Below are positions 61,257-64,000 of a stretch of 64,000 nucleotides of DNA, one piece after another. The stretch comes from an uncultured Gemmatimonadales bacterium (GTDB lineage: Bacteria; Gemmatimonadota; Gemmatimonadetes; Gemmatimonadales; Gemmatimonadaceae). Under the pieces are notes generated by a model. That model was not told where the DNA came from. It did not search any database and was given only the letters and a program-made list of their open reading frames with translations. Location of the stretch: the NCBI GenBank assembly GCA_963793305.1, contig CAWBZV010000012.1, positions 96,001 through 160,000 of the forward strand, in the 5' to 3' direction. The position numbers were made by a program, and so were the translations under genes. How positions within the stretch are numbered: position 1 is the stretch's first letter; every line of letters starts with the position of its first letter.

Positions 61257-62787
61257 TCAAGCAGGCAGTTTCGATCGCGGCAGTGCTAATGTGAACACCG
61301 ACCCGGTGCCGACTTCGCTCACCGCCGTGAGCTCGCCGCCCATGGTTCGCGCGAGCTCGCGGCTGATCGCCAAGCCGAGCCCCGTGCCTTGGCCGACGGT
61401 CGTTCGATCGCTGCCGAGCTGAACGAAGGGCTCGAAGACCGCTTCGAGTCGCTCCAGTGGAATCCCGGCTCCCGTATCGGAGACCGTGATCGAGACCGTC
61501 TGCGCCTCGATGTGCCAGCCGAGCGTGACACGACCACCGCGCGCCGTAAACTTGGTGGCGTTGCTCAGAAGGTTGAGCAAGATCTGCTGCACCTTGTCCC
61601 GATCGGCGTGCACGGCGGCGGGCTCGCCGCCGAGTGCGGGCAGCTCGAGCGTCAGGGTCTTGCCGAGCATCTGCGGGAGCACGAGCGCGCGGAACGTCAT
61701 CCAACACGCCTTGGACGTCGAAGTCCGTGATCGCCAGCGGCACGCGACCCGCCTGGACTTTGGCGAAGTCCAACACGGCGTTGATCAGGCCGAGGAGCAG
61801 CTCTTGCGCGCGCTTGATCCGACGGAGCGCCTCGGATTGTCTCGGCTCGAGCGGACCATAGATGCCGTCGGCGATGAGTTGCGTGAAGCCGCCGATCGCG
61901 TTGAGCGGTGTCCGCAGCTCGTGGCTCATCGTCGCCAGAAACTCGCTCTTCGCGCGGTTGGCCGACTCGGCCTGGGCCCGCGCGCGCTCGGCGTCCGCCC
62001 GCGCCCATTCGAGCGCCGCTTCGGCGGCTTTCCGATCGGTGATATCGCGCAACACGACAACCGAGCCGAGTGGTGCGACCGGTGTCGTCGCGCCCTCGGC
62101 CCGGTCCGCACGAATGCGGGCGAGGCGAACGTCCACGGACACGCGTCGCGCTCCCGGTCCGCGCAGCACCATGTCCGCTTGCGACACGACGGAGTGTCCG
62201 CCCAGGACCTGTTTGAGTCGCTCTTCGAGCGGCAAGCCGTCGCTATCGGGAATGACGTCGGCCACGTCACCGAGCAGATGACCCACCGCGCTCGCCGACG
62301 TCCAGCCGGTGAGCTCTTCCGCCGCGCGATTCAAGAACGTGATCGAACCCCGTGCATCCGTCGTGATCACCGCGTCGCTGATACTCCGCAGCGCCGTCGA
62401 CGCCCATGTCTGGCTCGCCTTGAGCGCGCGCTCCGCGTGATGCAGTCGCACGGCGGTGCCAATGGTCGCATCGAGACGCTCGTCGCTGGGTCCCGTGAGC
62501 ATGACGACGGGGACATCGACTCCGAGCCGGCGCAGCTCCCGGAGCATCTCCAGACCACCCTGCCCCGAGAGCTCCTGGTCGAGCAACACGCAGTCGAACG
62601 CGCGCGAGCGGAGCATCGCGACGGCTCCGTCTGTGCCGGGCATTTGCTCCACGTGGCCCGTGAGCGTCATGTCGCTGAGCGCTCGCTGGCTGATGAGGAG
62701 AATCGAGAGCGCGCGCTCGCCTGGTGTGGACTGCGTCTCGCCAACCCACACATGTCCGCGCCCAGTCGTCGTCACGTCACGAGCCAT
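61257..62787 (-). CDS. REC-PAS-histidine kinase; frameshift near 61695
   Basis: FDCVLLD, PAS SISDAVITTD...NRAAEELTGW, FLATMSHELRTPLNAI; then NLLSNATKFT, DTGAGI, GTGLGLAI in ORF 61257..61700. Confidence 0.9.
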
Positions 62788-62864
62788 ACGAGCACAGCTA
62801 TGCAAGAGCCGAACCCCAGGCCCCAAGGGGTGGTCCCAAGCGTCCTAAACCGTAGACTTTCGTC

Positions 62865-64000
62865 GTGAGACAAATGCGTCAAATTGTCGGCCCGGCGGTG
62901 CTCGTCATCGCGGGCGGTGTTGTCGCCTTCGCGTCGCAGTCAATATCGGCGCGAATCCTCACCGCGTGCCTTTTGACAGCCGGTGCGGCGCTCGCCGTAC
63001 ACGTTGCGGTCACATTGACTCGCGAGCTCGAGCGCCGCTCGGCCGAACAGGAAGCAACGAACGCGCAAATGCGCGAGGCGGCGACGACGGCGGAGCAGGC
63101 GCGGGTCGCGCTCACGGCCGAACGGCGATTCTTGCGGCAAGTAATCGATATCAATCCGAACTTCGTGTTCGCGAAGGACCGCCAGGGGCGTTTCACGCTC
63201 GTGAATCAGGCCATCGCGGATGTCTATGGAACATTGATCGATCAGCTCCTCGGCAAATCCGACGCCGAATTCAACAGCAACGAGGACGAGGTCGAATTTT
63301 TCCGTCGCATTGACCGACAGGTGATCGAGTCCGGTCGGCCGCTCCTCATCCCCGAGGAGCGTATTACGGACGCATCGGGTTCGGTGCGGTGGCTTCAGAC
63401 CGTGAAATGCCCGATCATCGGCGATAGTGGCCGGGCCGAGCAGGTGCTCGGCGTTTCCACTGATATCACCGAGCGGAAGCGCATGGAGGTAGAGCTGCGC
63501 GCCGAGGGCGTGCGCGTACGAGCGATGCAGCGCGTGACCGCGGGGCTCGCTGCCGCGGCGTCACCGGCGGAGGTCGCGCACATTGTCGCATCCGAAGGCG
63601 CGAGCGTCGTGGGGGCACAGGCCGGAGCGGTTGGTATCGTGACCGCCGACCGGCGCTCGTTCGAGCTGCTCGCCATGACTGGCGTGAGCGAGGCCACGTT
63701 CCGCGAGTGGCGCGTCTTTCCGAATACGCCAGGGTTGCCGTATCCGGACGTTGTCACGACCGGCGACCCGATCTTCATTACGAATCGAGCGGATTACGAG
63801 GCGAGATTTCCGGCGTTGGCCGCGACGTTGTCGGCGCACCCGACGCTCTCGGCATTCGCGGTGCTGCCGCTGACGATCGAAGGGCATGTGATGGGTGGGC
63901 TCTCCTTCGATTTCACCGCCCCGCGTGAGTTCGACGAGAACGACCGCGCGCTACTGACGACGCTCGCGCGGCAGTGCGCACAGGCCATCGAGCGGGCGCG
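62865..64000 (+). CDS. membrane-anchored PAS-GAF sensor protein, 3' end outside the window
   Basis: Not in the ORF track. Manual translation gives two TM helices, PAS (VIDINPNFVFAKDRQGRFTLVN...GVSTDITERK) and GAF (AVLPLTIEGHVMGGLSF...LARQCAQAIERA), open to the window end. Confidence 0.85.
   Translation, partial: MRQMRQIVGPAVLVIAGGVVAFASQSISARILTACLLTAGAALAVHVAVTLTRELERRSAEQEATNAQMREAATTAEQARVALTAERRFLRQVIDINPNFVFAKDRQGRFTLVNQAIADVYGTLIDQLLGKSDAEFNSNEDEVEFFRRIDRQVIESGRPLLIPEERITDASGSVRWLQTVKCPIIGDSGRAEQVLGVSTDITERKRMEVELRAEGVRVRAMQRVTAGLAAAASPAEVAHIVASEGASVVGAQAGAVGIVTADRRSFELLAMTGVSEATFREWRVFPNTPGLPYPDVVTTGDPIFITNRADYEARFPALAATLSAHPTLSAFAVLPLTIEGHVMGGLSFDFTAPREFDENDRALLTTLARQCAQAIERA

Noticed and set aside
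60628..62826. Apparent histidine kinase-sigma factor fusion (732 aa)
   Set aside because: The HATPase domain is in ORF 61257..61700; the fusion arises from the indel at GAACGTC 61692

Overview
High-GC, very compact bacterial chromosomal window with about 58 CDS. No rRNA, tRNA, CRISPR array, transposase or prophage was seen. The gene mix (PadR plus duplicated orphan ABC permease, SusC/SusD pairs, DUF2911, CHAT/ECF modules) suggests Gemmatimonadota or a similar soil lineage (inference). Content: HipA-like kinase/DUF3037 pair, redox and envelope genes, two ClC-CBS channels, a binding protein/MCP pair, c-di-GMP and two-component signalling, a Phd/VapC toxin-antitoxin pair, an orphan PurD-like ATP-grasp ligase, two SusCD loci, a copZA-csoR copper operon and a persulfide dioxygenase-rhodanese. 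The best candidate for a poorly described system is a CRISPR-free module of a membrane-anchored TPR-CHAT protease, an ECF sigma factor and a zinc-finger anti-sigma (48.6-52.6 kb). About 16 genes are frameshifted, mostly by single-base indels. Many fall on two motifs (GACGTC, CATCTG), which points to modification-linked long-read errors rather than pseudogenes. Many transcription units look leaderless (TAnnnT 5-7 nt before the start codon). All family assignments come from motif recognition, not database searches.
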